This document shows positions 40,275-50,100 of a DNA stretch of 64,000 nt, in pieces. The notes under the pieces are model-generated. The model saw only the letters and a program-made list of their open reading frames with translations. It was not told where the DNA came from and ran no database searches. Position numbers and translations under genes: made by a program. How positions within the stretch are numbered: the stretch's first letter is position 1; every line of letters begins with the position of its first letter. This DNA comes from an uncultured Acidobacteriaceae bacterium (GTDB lineage Bacteria > Acidobacteriota > Terriglobia > Terriglobales > Acidobacteriaceae). The stretch is from the NCBI GenBank assembly GCA_963751155.1, contig CAVVTL010000021.1:94713-158712 (forward strand). The letters run 5' to 3'.

Positions 40275-41800
40275 TTAAGCGACCGCGGATGAATCTGCAT
40301 TGCCGCGCATGGCACGCAGCGCGGGATAAATGCGCCGAAAAGCGGCGTACTGCTGTTCCATGGTTTTCGCGGCTGCAGGATGGGGCGTGACTTCGTGCGC
40401 CACTCGTACGGAACACTCGCAGGCCGAGTCCACGCTCGACCAGACTCCGGCGCCGACGCCCGCGAGCAACGCAGCCCCGTAAGCGGCACCTTCCTCGGCT
40501 TCGACGATTTCGACGGCGTGGCCGTACACGTCGGCCTGAATCTGGCGCCAGAGTTTGGAGCGGGCCCCGCCTCCGCCCAGGCGAATGGTGCTGACGGGCA
40601 CATTCATTTCGCGCGAAGATGGAGAAGGAATCGCGCAAGCTGAAGGCGACGCCTTCCATGATGGCGCGCACGATGTGGCCGCGGCCATGATTGGCGGCCA
40701 GCCCGACGAGCGCAGCCCGGGCCTGCGGATCCAGGTGCGGCGTCCGCTCTCCCATGAGATACGGCGCCCAAAGAACTCCATCGCAGCCCGGCGGCACGTC
40801 CCAGGCTTCGTCGGCGAGGATGTCGTAGGGATCGCGGCCGTCCTGCTGGACGGTGCCGAAGTTGTCGCGAAACCAGCGCAGCGAAAGCCCCGCTGATTGA
40901 GTGACGCCCATAACGTGCCATCGTCCGGGAATGGCGTGGCAGAAAGTATGCAGCCGGCCCTTGGGATCGAGCGCAGGCCGATCGGTTGCGGCAAAAACAA
41001 CCCCGGAGGTGCCGATAGTGGCATGGACCGCTCCCGGTCGAACGATACCGATACCAACTGCGCCTGCTGCCTGATCGCCGGCGCCGGCAACAACGGGCGT
41101 GCCCTTGAGCAGTCCGGTTGCCGTGGCGCCTTCCTCAGAGACGCTGGCACAGACGTCCGGCGACTCAAACAGCGGAGGAAGGCAGTGCAGGTCGAGTCCC
41201 GTGGCCCCGGCCATTTCGGAAGACCAACGGCGGCTGGCGACGTCGAGCAGCAGCGTGCCGGAGGCGTCGGCCATGTCCATGCCGTATTGGCCCGACAGGC
41301 GATAGCGAACGTAGTCCTTGGGCAGCAGCAGCGTGCGGAAGCGTTCGAACAAATGCGGCTCGTGTTTGCGTACCCAAAGCAACTTGGTCAGTGTGAAGTT
41401 GGTGAGCGCGGGATTGCACGTCCAAGCGATGATCTGGCTCTCGCCGATTTGCGCGGTCAACTCGGCGGCTTCGTCGGCGGTGCGCTGATCGCACCAGATG
41501 AGCGCAGGCCGAAGCACGTCTGCCTTCCGCGTCGAGCAGCACCGCACCGTGCATCTGGCCGGAGAAGCCGACCGCAGCGATGTCGGAGGCGGGAGTTCCC
41601 GAAGCACTCATGACTTCCCGGATAGCGGCGCAGGTGGCGCGCCACCAGTCGTGTGGATCCTGCTCGGCCCATCCGGTCTGGGGTGACGCAAAGGGTTGGT
41701 GTTCCGAGGTGCGGGCGGCGACAACCCGGCCCTCAGGGTCAATCAGCACGGCGCGGGTGCCGCCTGTGCCTACATCAATTCCCAGAAGTTTGGAAGGCAT
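40275..41800 (-). pseudogene. xylB: Xylulokinase with two frameshifts (near 41521 and 40611-40615)
   Basis: MPSKLLGIDVGTGGTR...[13 protein letters not shown] occurs in the frame of ORF 41165..41800. [14 protein letters not shown]...[14 protein letters not shown] occurs in the frame of ORF 39082..41607. [31 protein letters not shown]... occurs in the frame of ORF 40275..41168. Confidence 0.88.
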
Positions 41801-41935
41801 GAAGAATGATTCCCGGGGTGCTCTTAGCGATTATGACGCGGAACGGGAAGAAAGAAAAGCCCAATCGTGTACGTTAACGGTGATATAAATGAGGAGAGTA
41901 AGGCAAGCTGCACATTCCTCGCCCGAGGCATTCTC

Positions 41936-44305
41936 ATGAAACGAGCTCCGATCCCGGTCCTGACCTTGGCAGTACTGGCACTCTTCCTGACGGCGTCGTT
42001 GGCACAGACTCCTACCCCCGCGTACAAGAACGCCTCCCTTCCCGTGGACGAGCGCGTGAAAGACCTGCTCGGCCGTATGACGCTGGAGGAGAAAGTCGCG
42101 CAGATGGAGTCGACCTGGCAGAATCGCGGCTATTCTATGCCGGAGTCTGCCTATTTTTTCACCACCGATGGCAACCTCGAAACAGCAAAGGCCAAGGCCA
42201 TCCTGAAAAACGGACTGGGCGAATTCAGCCGTCCCAGCGAAGCTGTTGCCGGCGCAAACCACCATCCTGCGACTCCCGAAGCCATGGCTAATCTCACCAA
42301 CCAGGTGCAGAAGCTCATGCTTGAAGACACGCGACTCGGCATCCCCTTGATCTTTCACGAAGAGTGTCTGCACGGCTTGGCCGCCACGGGAGGTACCTCT
42401 TATCCTCAGGCCATTGGGCTAGCGAGCACGTGGGATCCGGCGTTGCTGCAGAAAATCTTCGCGGCCACTGCCCTTGAGGTGCGCACTCGCGGGGTGCAGG
42501 AATGCTTGATGCCCGTCATCGACCTGGCTCGCGACCCGCGCTGGGGCCGCACCGAGGAAACCTATGGCGAGGATCCGTACCTGGTGTCGCGGATGGGGGT
42601 TGCGGCGGTACAGGGACTGCAAGGCGAAGGGCAGTCCATCGACGGCGACCACGTGCTGGCGACGCTGAAGCACTTCGCGGTCCACAGCCAGCCCGAAGGC
42701 GGCACCAACGTTGGCCCCGCACCTTACGCAGAGCGCACCATTCGCGAGAGCTTTTTCGTTCCCTTTGAAGTCGCAATTCACGAGGCCAACGCGCGCACCG
42801 TGATGCCGTCGTACAACGAGCTCGACGGCATTCCCAATCACAGCAACGTATGGCTCCTGCGTGATGTGTTGCGCAAAGAGTGGGGCTTCGACGGGCTGGT
42901 GGTTTCGGATTATTTCGCGATTGATGAGATGATCTCGCGGCACCACATCGCCGCGAACTGCGCCGATGCGGCAAAGTTCGCGATTCTGGCGGGCGTGGAT
43001 ATCGAGCTGCCGTTCACTCACTGCTACTCGGAGTTGCCGGCACTGGTAAAGAGCGGACAAGTGCCGGAAGCGCTGATTGACCAGGCCGTAGCGCGAATGC
43101 TGCGGGCAAAGTTCGAACTGGGATTGTTCGACCATCCTTATGTGGACCCGAAGCGCGCTGCGGAAGTAAGCAACACCAAGGCTGACCAGCAACTGGCGTT
43201 AGAGGCGGCCCATGAAACCATCACGCTGCTGAAGAACCAGAACAACCTGTTGCCGCTCGATGCCGGCAAGTTCAAGCGCATCGCGGTCATCGGTCCAAAC
43301 GCCGCCGACGTACATTTGGGTGGGTACAGTGGACAGCCGGGGCGGGGCGTCAGCATTCTGCAGGGCATCAAGGACAAGGTTGGCGGCAAGGCTGAAGTTC
43401 TGTACGCCGAAGGTTGCCGTATCACCGAGAGCAAGCCCGACTGGAATGCCGACAAGGTTGTACCGAGCGATCCGAAGCTCGACGAGAAGCGCATCGCCGA
43501 GGCGGTCGCTGTCATGCAGAAGGCGGACATCGGAATTGTGGTGGTCGGCGAAAACGAACAGACCGTCCGCGAGGCCTGGGGCGAGAATCATCTGGGCGAC
43601 CGCGACGACCTGAACCTGCTGGGACGTCAGGATGAGCTGGTCAAGCAGTTGCTGACGACCGGAAAGCCCGTCGTGGTGGTGCTCATCCACGGGCGGCCGA
43701 ACTCCATCAACTCCATTGCCGCTAACGCACCGGCCATCCTCGATGGATGGTACCTGGGACAAGAGGGCGGCTCGGCGCTGGCCGACGTATTGTTCGGCGA
43801 TTACAACCCCGCGGGCAGGCTGCCAATCACGGTACCGCGCTCGGTAGGCCAACTGCCTGACTATTACTATTCGAAACCGACGGCGAAACGCGGCTATCTG
43901 TTTGCCGATAAGTCCCCACTGTTCCCTTTCGGGTTCGGACTGAGCTACACGACGTTCCGCTATGCCAACGTTCAGGTTGCGCCCGCCAGCATTCCGCCTA
44001 CGGGAAGCGTGACCGTGCAAGTAGATGTCACCAACACCGGCAAGCGGACGGGCGATGAGGTGGTGCAGCTTTACGTCCGTGATGAGGTAAGCTCGGTGAC
44101 GCGGCCGGTGAAAGAATTACGCGGATTCGAGAGGATTTCGCTCAAGCCGGGCGAGACGCGCAAGGTGACCTTCACTCTAGGTCCGGCTGCTCTGCAGTTC
44201 TACAACCGCGACATGAAGCGCGTGGTCGAGCCGGGCAAGTTTACGGTTATGGTCGGGCCGAATTCTGCGGACCTGCAGTCGGCCAGCTTTGAAGTGGGGC
44301 CGTAA
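41936..44305 (+). CDS. Glycoside hydrolase family 3 (beta-glucosidase/beta-xylosidase), secreted
   Basis: Signal peptide, then LEEKVAQM, GLVVSDY (nucleophile region) and a C-terminal Fn3-like domain. Confidence 0.9.
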   Translation: MKRAPIPVLTLAVLALFLTASLAQTPTPAYKNASLPVDERVKDLLGRMTLEEKVAQMESTWQNRGYSMPESAYFFTTDGNLETAKAKAILKNGLGEFSRPSEAVAGANHHPATPEAMANLTNQVQKLMLEDTRLGIPLIFHEECLHGLAATGGTSYPQAIGLASTWDPALLQKIFAATALEVRTRGVQECLMPVIDLARDPRWGRTEETYGEDPYLVSRMGVAAVQGLQGEGQSIDGDHVLATLKHFAVHSQPEGGTNVGPAPYAERTIRESFFVPFEVAIHEANARTVMPSYNELDGIPNHSNVWLLRDVLRKEWGFDGLVVSDYFAIDEMISRHHIAANCADAAKFAILAGVDIELPFTHCYSELPALVKSGQVPEALIDQAVARMLRAKFELGLFDHPYVDPKRAAEVSNTKADQQLALEAAHETITLLKNQNNLLPLDAGKFKRIAVIGPNAADVHLGGYSGQPGRGVSILQGIKDKVGGKAEVLYAEGCRITESKPDWNADKVVPSDPKLDEKRIAEAVAVMQKADIGIVVVGENEQTVREAWGENHLGDRDDLNLLGRQDELVKQLLTTGKPVVVVLIHGRPNSINSIAANAPAILDGWYLGQEGGSALADVLFGDYNPAGRLPITVPRSVGQLPDYYYSKPTAKRGYLFADKSPLFPFGFGLSYTTFRYANVQVAPASIPPTGSVTVQVDVTNTGKRTGDEVVQLYVRDEVSSVTRPVKELRGFERISLKPGETRKVTFTLGPAALQFYNRDMKRVVEPGKFTVMVGPNSADLQSASFEVGP

Positions 44306-44323
44306 CGAGGTGCCGACCAGTCT

Positions 44324-45385
44324 ATGAAAGCGCAGCGCAGCGGAATACCACGGATCGCCGAGTTAGCCGGAGTGTCGATCGGCACGGTGGACCGCGCGCT
44401 GCACGGCCGGCCCGGCATCAACGACGAGACCCGGCAGCGTGTGCTGGATATCGCACAGAAGATCGGCTATCGGCCCAACCTGGCCGCCCGGTCGCTTTCC
44501 ACCGGCAGGCGAGTGCGGATCGGCGTGTGCGTGCCGCAGGAACTCCGCTACTTTTACAACGAAATGTGGGACGGCATACACCACGAAGTCGACCGTTACG
44601 GGGACCGTGGAATCGACTTCGTGCTACAGCCCGTGCCAGAACTAGGCAAGGGCGAACGGCAGTCGTTTCGCAAGCTGCTCGAGTCGGACGTTAAGGGGAT
44701 CGTGGTGACGCCCGGAGTTCCGGGGGCGATGACTCCGCTTATCGACGCCGCGGAGGCAAGTGGAGTACGAGTCGTCTGCGTGTCAACCGATGCACCGGCC
44801 AGCAGACGGTCCTGCATCGTGTGCGTGGAGCCGCGAGTGAATGGACTCATGGCCGGCGAACTGATGGCGAAATTCGTGGGAGCCGGTGCAAAGGTCGCTA
44901 TCGTCACCGGCATGCTGAAGACTGTCGATCACAAAGAGAAAGCGGACGGTTTCAGCCGAAGCTTTCGCGATTACTGCGCCGGCGGGAAAGTGGTCGCAAC
45001 CATCGAGGGCCACGAAGATCCGGAGCAGAGCTTTCGCAAGACGCGCACGCTTCTAAAACGCTTCCCGGACCTAGCAGGTATCTACGTCAACACCGTGAAT
45101 TGCCTGCCTGTCTGCCGCGCCTTGTCGACGGCTGGACGCGCCGGAAAGGTGCGCCTGATTACGACTGACCTGTTTCGCGAGATGGTCCCATTGTTCCGCA
45201 ACGGAACCATCGATGCCTCGATGCACCAGCGTCCTTACCGGCAGGGACAGCTAGCGGTGCGCACATTGGCCGAGAATCTGCTCCATGACGTCGAGATACC
45301 GCAGACGCTGTACCTCAATCCCGGCGTCATCCTGCGCTCGAACCTGCACTTGTTCCGCGAGTCGGGCGGACGCGGCGGACAATAG
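44324..45385 (+). CDS. LacI-family transcriptional regulator
   Basis: N-terminal HTH IAELAGVSIGTVDRALHGRPGINDETRQRVLDIAQKIGYRPNLAARSL plus a periplasmic-binding-protein-like core. Confidence 0.9.
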   Translation: MKAQRSGIPRIAELAGVSIGTVDRALHGRPGINDETRQRVLDIAQKIGYRPNLAARSLSTGRRVRIGVCVPQELRYFYNEMWDGIHHEVDRYGDRGIDFVLQPVPELGKGERQSFRKLLESDVKGIVVTPGVPGAMTPLIDAAEASGVRVVCVSTDAPASRRSCIVCVEPRVNGLMAGELMAKFVGAGAKVAIVTGMLKTVDHKEKADGFSRSFRDYCAGGKVVATIEGHEDPEQSFRKTRTLLKRFPDLAGIYVNTVNCLPVCRALSTAGRAGKVRLITTDLFREMVPLFRNGTIDASMHQRPYRQGQLAVRTLAENLLHDVEIPQTLYLNPGVILRSNLHLFRESGGRGGQ

Positions 45386-45480
45386 CCGGCCCGAAACTCC
45401 AACCGACAAACCGCGCGGTTGCCTCCAGCGCGCGCTGCTCCTCGGGGTAAGGCGAATCATAAACTCAATCGCCTTGCGCC

Positions 45481-48400
45481 CTAGAAGTTCACCTTTACGC
45501 CAAACTGGGCGGCAAAAGGAATTCCGACCGTGGTGCCAGGTCCGAAGAAATCACCCAGCGCGCCCGCCGGAACCAGGAGTTGGTTCGGGTTGGTGATGGG
45601 CACACTGCAAGCCGGAGTCGGACACAAGTGTGTGGCGTTGTACAGGTTGTCGACCGGCGTCGGCAGAGCCGAGATGTCGGTGACGTAGTTGGCGCCCGGA
45701 TTGTTGCGATTGAACAGGTTGAAAAATTCAATGAACGGCATAACCTGCCAACGCTCTCCGATCTGGAAGGGACGGGTCACGCGAAGGTCAACCTGAAAAT
45801 AAGGTGTGCCGCGAAACTGGTCCATCGTCGTTTGCACGCCGTTGACTACGGCGCGGTCATTCGTAGGGTCGCCCAGTCCGTTCACGTCCACCGGAGTGGT
45901 CAGGGTAATAGGGCGCGCGCCTTCGGCCTGTATCAGCGTCGTGACCTGGAATCCGCCTGGCACGTAAACAATCCCGGCCAGTGTGAAGCGGCTCGTGACG
46001 TCTTCTCCCGATGGGCCGTAGTCGCCCGGGGCAAACGGGTTCTGTGGATTGCACACGCCATTGACGTAATCCCACAGCTCTCCAAGGACGCAGCCCCAGG
46101 TCTTCGCGCTCGACAACACGTAGTTGGCGGTCAAATTGAAACGGTGAGAGACGTTGCCCTGAACGTGCAGCAGCAACGCATTGTAGCTGGAGCGATTGTC
46201 TGCCTTGAACACTGACAGGTTGGGCACGTTGGCCATCTGGCTCGCCTGGTCCTGCGGGAACAGCGGCGAAAACAACGTATAGCCTGCCGTGTACTCGTAC
46301 CGCCGATAGCCGTGTACGCCCTGCTCATGGACGTAGTCGGCACTCATCGTCCAATTTTTGTGCCACGCATATTGCACGCCGCCAGTTACGTGCAGCGCAT
46401 ATGGGGTGTGGTAGTTCGGATCAATGACCACACCCGCTCCGCCGTCAGCGGCGCCCGGCAAGCAACCGGCGTCGCCGGGTTGCAGGCACGGCTGAAATGC
46501 CGACGGCGTGTTGACCGCCTGAAAAGCAGTCGCCCAGCCATTTTGCGCAAGGTCGTTGTAGTACATACCGATGCCGGCGCGAAAGACCAAGTCCTCCACA
46601 TTGTCCGGGGAATAAACGATGCCCAAACGCGGAGCAAAAGCTTTGCGGTAATCCTGGGGCACGCCGGTCGGCAATGGCAATTGCAGGCCCCGAATCGTCT
46701 GCACGCCGGGATTGATCAGCTGACTGACTCCCGACGCCTGGAACAGTCCGAACGTGGTGTCATACCGCAGTCCGTAGTTGATGGTCAGTTGCGGCGTCAC
46801 CCGCCAAGCGTCCATGGCGTAAAGGCCCAGCCGCTGAACGTTCTGCGAGAAGTTGCCGTTTCCGGCCGGCGTGCCAGTCGTCTGGCAGTTGGTGCCGTCG
46901 AACGGCGGCAGGCAGTTCAATTCAGCCGTTAGTTGAGTGGGATTGGTCAGGTAATAAGTCGGATTCTCCGTGAGAATGTAGGTGGTTTCTTCCTGCCCAG
47001 GGAATGCACCGCTCAATACCGGCTCGTGGATGAAGTCCACACCGAACTTTGGCGCGTGCCGGCCGACGGATCCGCTCACGTCGTAACGGAATTGATATTT
47101 CTCCTGGTTCCGCACCACGGGAAACGCCGTAATTGGCGTCACGAACTGATTGTCGCCATAAGTTTCGAAGCCCGAGATAGTCTTCGACGTCGAACTGAAC
47201 GGAAACGCCAGCGCAAAACCAAGATATCCATTTCGATCAGCGGTTCCGTGCAGATAACTGGTCCCGAAGGTGAAAGTGCCCAACCAATTCGGGCTGAAGA
47301 GGAAGGTGTTGCTGACGACTCCGTTCTGATAATTGGAATGCGTGATCGCTCCGGTCGATGGCAGAGTGGCCTGCTGCACCAACGCATTGTTGGTCGTGGA
47401 GTTGTCGAGGGAGTAGCGCAGGAACCACTGCGAACGCGTCGATTGCGACCAGTCGAGACGTATCGAGCCAAGGTACGACTGGAACGGAACCTTTACGTAC
47501 GGAGGCACCGCAATCGACGTCGTGTTCGGAATAAGCCCCTCTTGCGCCAGTTGTGACAAGGCATTGAACTGGGTCAGGCTATTCGGACTGTAGTTGATGC
47601 TGGCGTGCTCATTCACCATCTCGAATCCCGAGAAGAACCACAGTTTGTCTTTCACGATTGGACCGCCCAGGGTACCGACGTAGTTCTGTCGGGAAAACGG
47701 CTGCTTGGGTTCCGGAGCCGGGTTCTCGATGGGAAAGCGCGCATTCAACGCAGCAGCACGCTCATAAAACGCGCCGCCGCCATGCCAATCGTTGGTTCCA
47801 CTCCGCGTGCTGATGACGACGGAGCCCGCCGTCGTTCGCCCGATGTCGGCATTCTGTTGCGAAGTCTGCACCGCGAACTCGCGGATCACATCCGGCGAGA
47901 AATTCTGCAGGAAACCGCCGATATAGTCGTCCGAGTTGTCCACGCCATCGACCGTCAATTGATTGTTCAGACCGGAACTGCCGCCCGTCGAAACCGCGGT
48001 GATGCGGGCTTTGGTCGGGTCAGAAGGTTCGACCGGCTCGGTACCTGGCACCATGTAGGCGATGTTGGCAAAACTGCGGGCAGCCAAAGGAATGTCTTGC
48101 AGGTCTTTCTGCGTTACCACGCCGCCGTTTACCGCGTCCGTCGTATCAAGAGCTTGTGTGGTAATGGAAGACGGCACCGCCTTCACGCTCACCGACTCCT
48201 GCACAGACGCTGGCCGCAGCGTCACGAGTACATCCCGTACGATGCTCACCTGCACGGTCACAGCGGAGCTGGCGTCGGTGAATCCCTTCGCACTCACGAT
48301 AACCTGGTAGTTTCCAGGATGCAGGTCGGGAAAGAGAAACTCACCCCGGCTGTCGGTGGTGGTGTGGCGCTCAACTGAGGTACCGGTAGAGCGAACTACT

Positions 48401-48564
48401 ACATTGGCCGAAGGAATACGGCCGTGGGACGCATCTTGTACCTCGCCCTGCAGGGAACCGAACGCACTCTGGCAATCTGCTGCCATCGGAGTTAGTATGG
48501 CGAAACTGAGAAGCGCAATCAGAAAGACATAAGTAGACCAACGACAGGCTGCCATGTTTTGCAT
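45481..48564 (-). CDS. TonB-dependent receptor-like outer-membrane protein with a CarboxypepD_reg N-domain
   Basis: 1027 aa with a signal peptide, GSLQGEVQDASHGRIPSANVVV...TDSRGEFLFPDLHPGNYQV, and a C-terminal ...FGVKVNF. Confidence 0.85.
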   Translation of the reverse strand: MQNMAACRWSTYVFLIALLSFAILTPMAADCQSAFGSLQGEVQDASHGRIPSANVVVRSTGTSVERHTTTDSRGEFLFPDLHPGNYQVIVSAKGFTDASSAVTVQVSIVRDVLVTLRPASVQESVSVKAVPSSITTQALDTTDAVNGGVVTQKDLQDIPLAARSFANIAYMVPGTEPVEPSDPTKARITAVSTGGSSGLNNQLTVDGVDNSDDYIGGFLQNFSPDVIREFAVQTSQQNADIGRTTAGSVVISTRSGTNDWHGGGAFYERAAALNARFPIENPAPEPKQPFSRQNYVGTLGGPIVKDKLWFFSGFEMVNEHASINYSPNSLTQFNALSQLAQEGLIPNTTSIAVPPYVKVPFQSYLGSIRLDWSQSTRSQWFLRYSLDNSTTNNALVQQATLPSTGAITHSNYQNGVVSNTFLFSPNWLGTFTFGTSYLHGTADRNGYLGFALAFPFSSTSKTISGFETYGDNQFVTPITAFPVVRNQEKYQFRYDVSGSVGRHAPKFGVDFIHEPVLSGAFPGQEETTYILTENPTYYLTNPTQLTAELNCLPPFDGTNCQTTGTPAGNGNFSQNVQRLGLYAMDAWRVTPQLTINYGLRYDTTFGLFQASGVSQLINPGVQTIRGLQLPLPTGVPQDYRKAFAPRLGIVYSPDNVEDLVFRAGIGMYYNDLAQNGWATAFQAVNTPSAFQPCLQPGDAGCLPGAADGGAGVVIDPNYHTPYALHVTGGVQYAWHKNWTMSADYVHEQGVHGYRRYEYTAGYTLFSPLFPQDQASQMANVPNLSVFKADNRSSYNALLLHVQGNVSHRFNLTANYVLSSAKTWGCVLGELWDYVNGVCNPQNPFAPGDYGPSGEDVTSRFTLAGIVYVPGGFQVTTLIQAEGARPITLTTPVDVNGLGDPTNDRAVVNGVQTTMDQFRGTPYFQVDLRVTRPFQIGERWQVMPFIEFFNLFNRNNPGANYVTDISALPTPVDNLYNATHLCPTPACSVPITNPNQLLVPAGALGDFFGPGTTVGIPFAAQFGVKVNF

Positions 48565-48804
48565 GTGTGTTCCTTAGCTCTCGGGTCAGGGTGGTACGCG
48601 ACGCGCGACGAGATTTTCGACAACACGGACTAACCGTTCGAGCGTACTGGCGGGAAGCTTCTACTACCAGTGCAGTAGCGCGTTTCCTGTCTGCTGGTGT
48701 CGTTATGTTTTCGGTGATGGCACCGAAGTGGGGAATCCAGCCCAAGCGTTTAGGCGTTTGAAGTCGTTCTGAGAATATTAAAACTTCGCATTTAGGAGGC
48801 TGCG

Positions 48805-50040
48805 TTGCCCGATCCCTCTTCCGCACTCGAGCCGAACTCAAGACCACTGACCGTCGTCTGCCTGGCCAGTTACTTCAAGGGTGTCGAGTTCATGGTGGAA
48901 TGCAAGCGGCAAGGATGCCGTACTCTGCTGGTTACGTCGCAGAGCCTGGCCAACGCCAACTGGCCCCGCGAGTCTCTGGACAACATCTTTTACGTGCCGG
49001 ATGAGGACAAGACCTGGAAATTGCAGGACGTTCTGCTGGGAGTCAGCCACCTGGCTAAGTCGGAAGTCATCGACCGCATCGTTCCCCTGGACGATTTCGA
49101 CGTCGAGACAGCGGCAACGCTGCGCGAGCACCTCCGCATACCCGGCATGGGTGATACGACGGCACGCTACTTTCGCGACAAGCTGGCCATGCGTGCGCGC
49201 GCCCGCGATGCCGGACTGCCTGTGCCAGACTTCGTTCATATCCTGAACCATGGGCAACTCCACGAGTTCATGCAGCGAGTTCCGGCACCGTGGGTGTTGA
49301 AGCCGCGTTCGATGGCAGGTTCGATAGGCGTCAAGAAGATCGGCAGTGCCGACGAGTTCTGGTCCACGGTTGACCGGTTGGGCGATCAGCAGTCGTATTA
49401 CCTCCTGGAACAATACATTCCCGGTGACATCTTCCACGTGGATACCATCACGGATGAAAAGGAATTGCTGTTCTCCATCGCCAGCAAGTACGGCCGCCCG
49501 CCGATGGACGTCTCGCACGAAGGGGATATCTTCACGACTCGAACGTTGGCGGAAGGATCGGCCGACGAAGTCGCCCTGCGTTCTCTGAACCAGAAGGTGC
49601 TGACGGCGTTTGGCATGGTGCGCGGGGTCTCGCACAGCGAGTTCATCCAGGGGCGCGACGGCACGCTTTACTTCCTCGAGACTGCTGCTCGCGTCGGCGG
49701 CGCACACATCGCCGACCTCGTTGAGGCCGCGACGGGCATTAATCTCTGGGCTGAATGGGCAAAGGTGGAAATCGCGGGCGGCAAATCGCCGTACCATGTG
49801 CCGCCGGCGAGAAAAGACTTCGCAGGACTGCTCATCTCGCTGGCCCGGCAGGAGAATCCCGATACCAATGCCTATTCCGATCCCGAGATTGTCTGGCGCA
49901 TGAAGAAAGACCACCATGTCGGCTTGATTGTGCGGTCAAGCGATCCCGTAAGGATTGAGCAGTTGATCAGCGACTACGCCCGCCGCTTCAAACACGACTT
50001 CTTTGCCTCGCAGCCGGCGCGCGACAAGCCTTCCAGCTAG
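48805..50040 (+). CDS. ATP-grasp domain protein of unknown specificity
   Basis: TTG start 5 nt after AGGAGG. ATP-grasp pattern: RDKLAMRARARDAGLPVP...WVLKPRSMAGSIGV...LLEQYIPGDIFHVD...YFLETAARVGG. Confidence 0.75.
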   Translation: MPDPSSALEPNSRPLTVVCLASYFKGVEFMVECKRQGCRTLLVTSQSLANANWPRESLDNIFYVPDEDKTWKLQDVLLGVSHLAKSEVIDRIVPLDDFDVETAATLREHLRIPGMGDTTARYFRDKLAMRARARDAGLPVPDFVHILNHGQLHEFMQRVPAPWVLKPRSMAGSIGVKKIGSADEFWSTVDRLGDQQSYYLLEQYIPGDIFHVDTITDEKELLFSIASKYGRPPMDVSHEGDIFTTRTLAEGSADEVALRSLNQKVLTAFGMVRGVSHSEFIQGRDGTLYFLETAARVGGAHIADLVEAATGINLWAEWAKVEIAGGKSPYHVPPARKDFAGLLISLARQENPDTNAYSDPEIVWRMKKDHHVGLIVRSSDPVRIEQLISDYARRFKHDFFASQPARDKPSS

Positions 50041-50053
50041 GCTCGAAAGAAGT

Positions 50054-50094
50054 GGCCCCGATTGCCGTCGCGCAGGCTCACGGCGAGCGGGGCC
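50054..50094. terminator. Nested GC hairpin between convergent genes
   Basis: GGCCCCG (50054-50060) pairs with CGGGGCC (50088-50094), with an inner GCCGT/ACGGC stem. No U-tract. Confidence 0.35.
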
Positions 50095-50100
50095 GGTCTC

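Noticed and set aside
39082-41607. 841-aa ORF that looks like a XylB-XylA fusion protein
   Set aside because: It is an artefact of the xylB frameshift near 40611-40615. The linker translation is Arg-rich nonsense, and xylA has its own Shine-Dalgarno sequence and ATG at 40251.
45409-45420. Perfect palindrome AACCGCGCGGTT considered as a LacI-family operator
   Set aside because: It lies downstream of the regulator gene between two convergent 3' ends, not in a promoter. I found no second copy in the cluster's promoter regions, so it is mentioned only as context.
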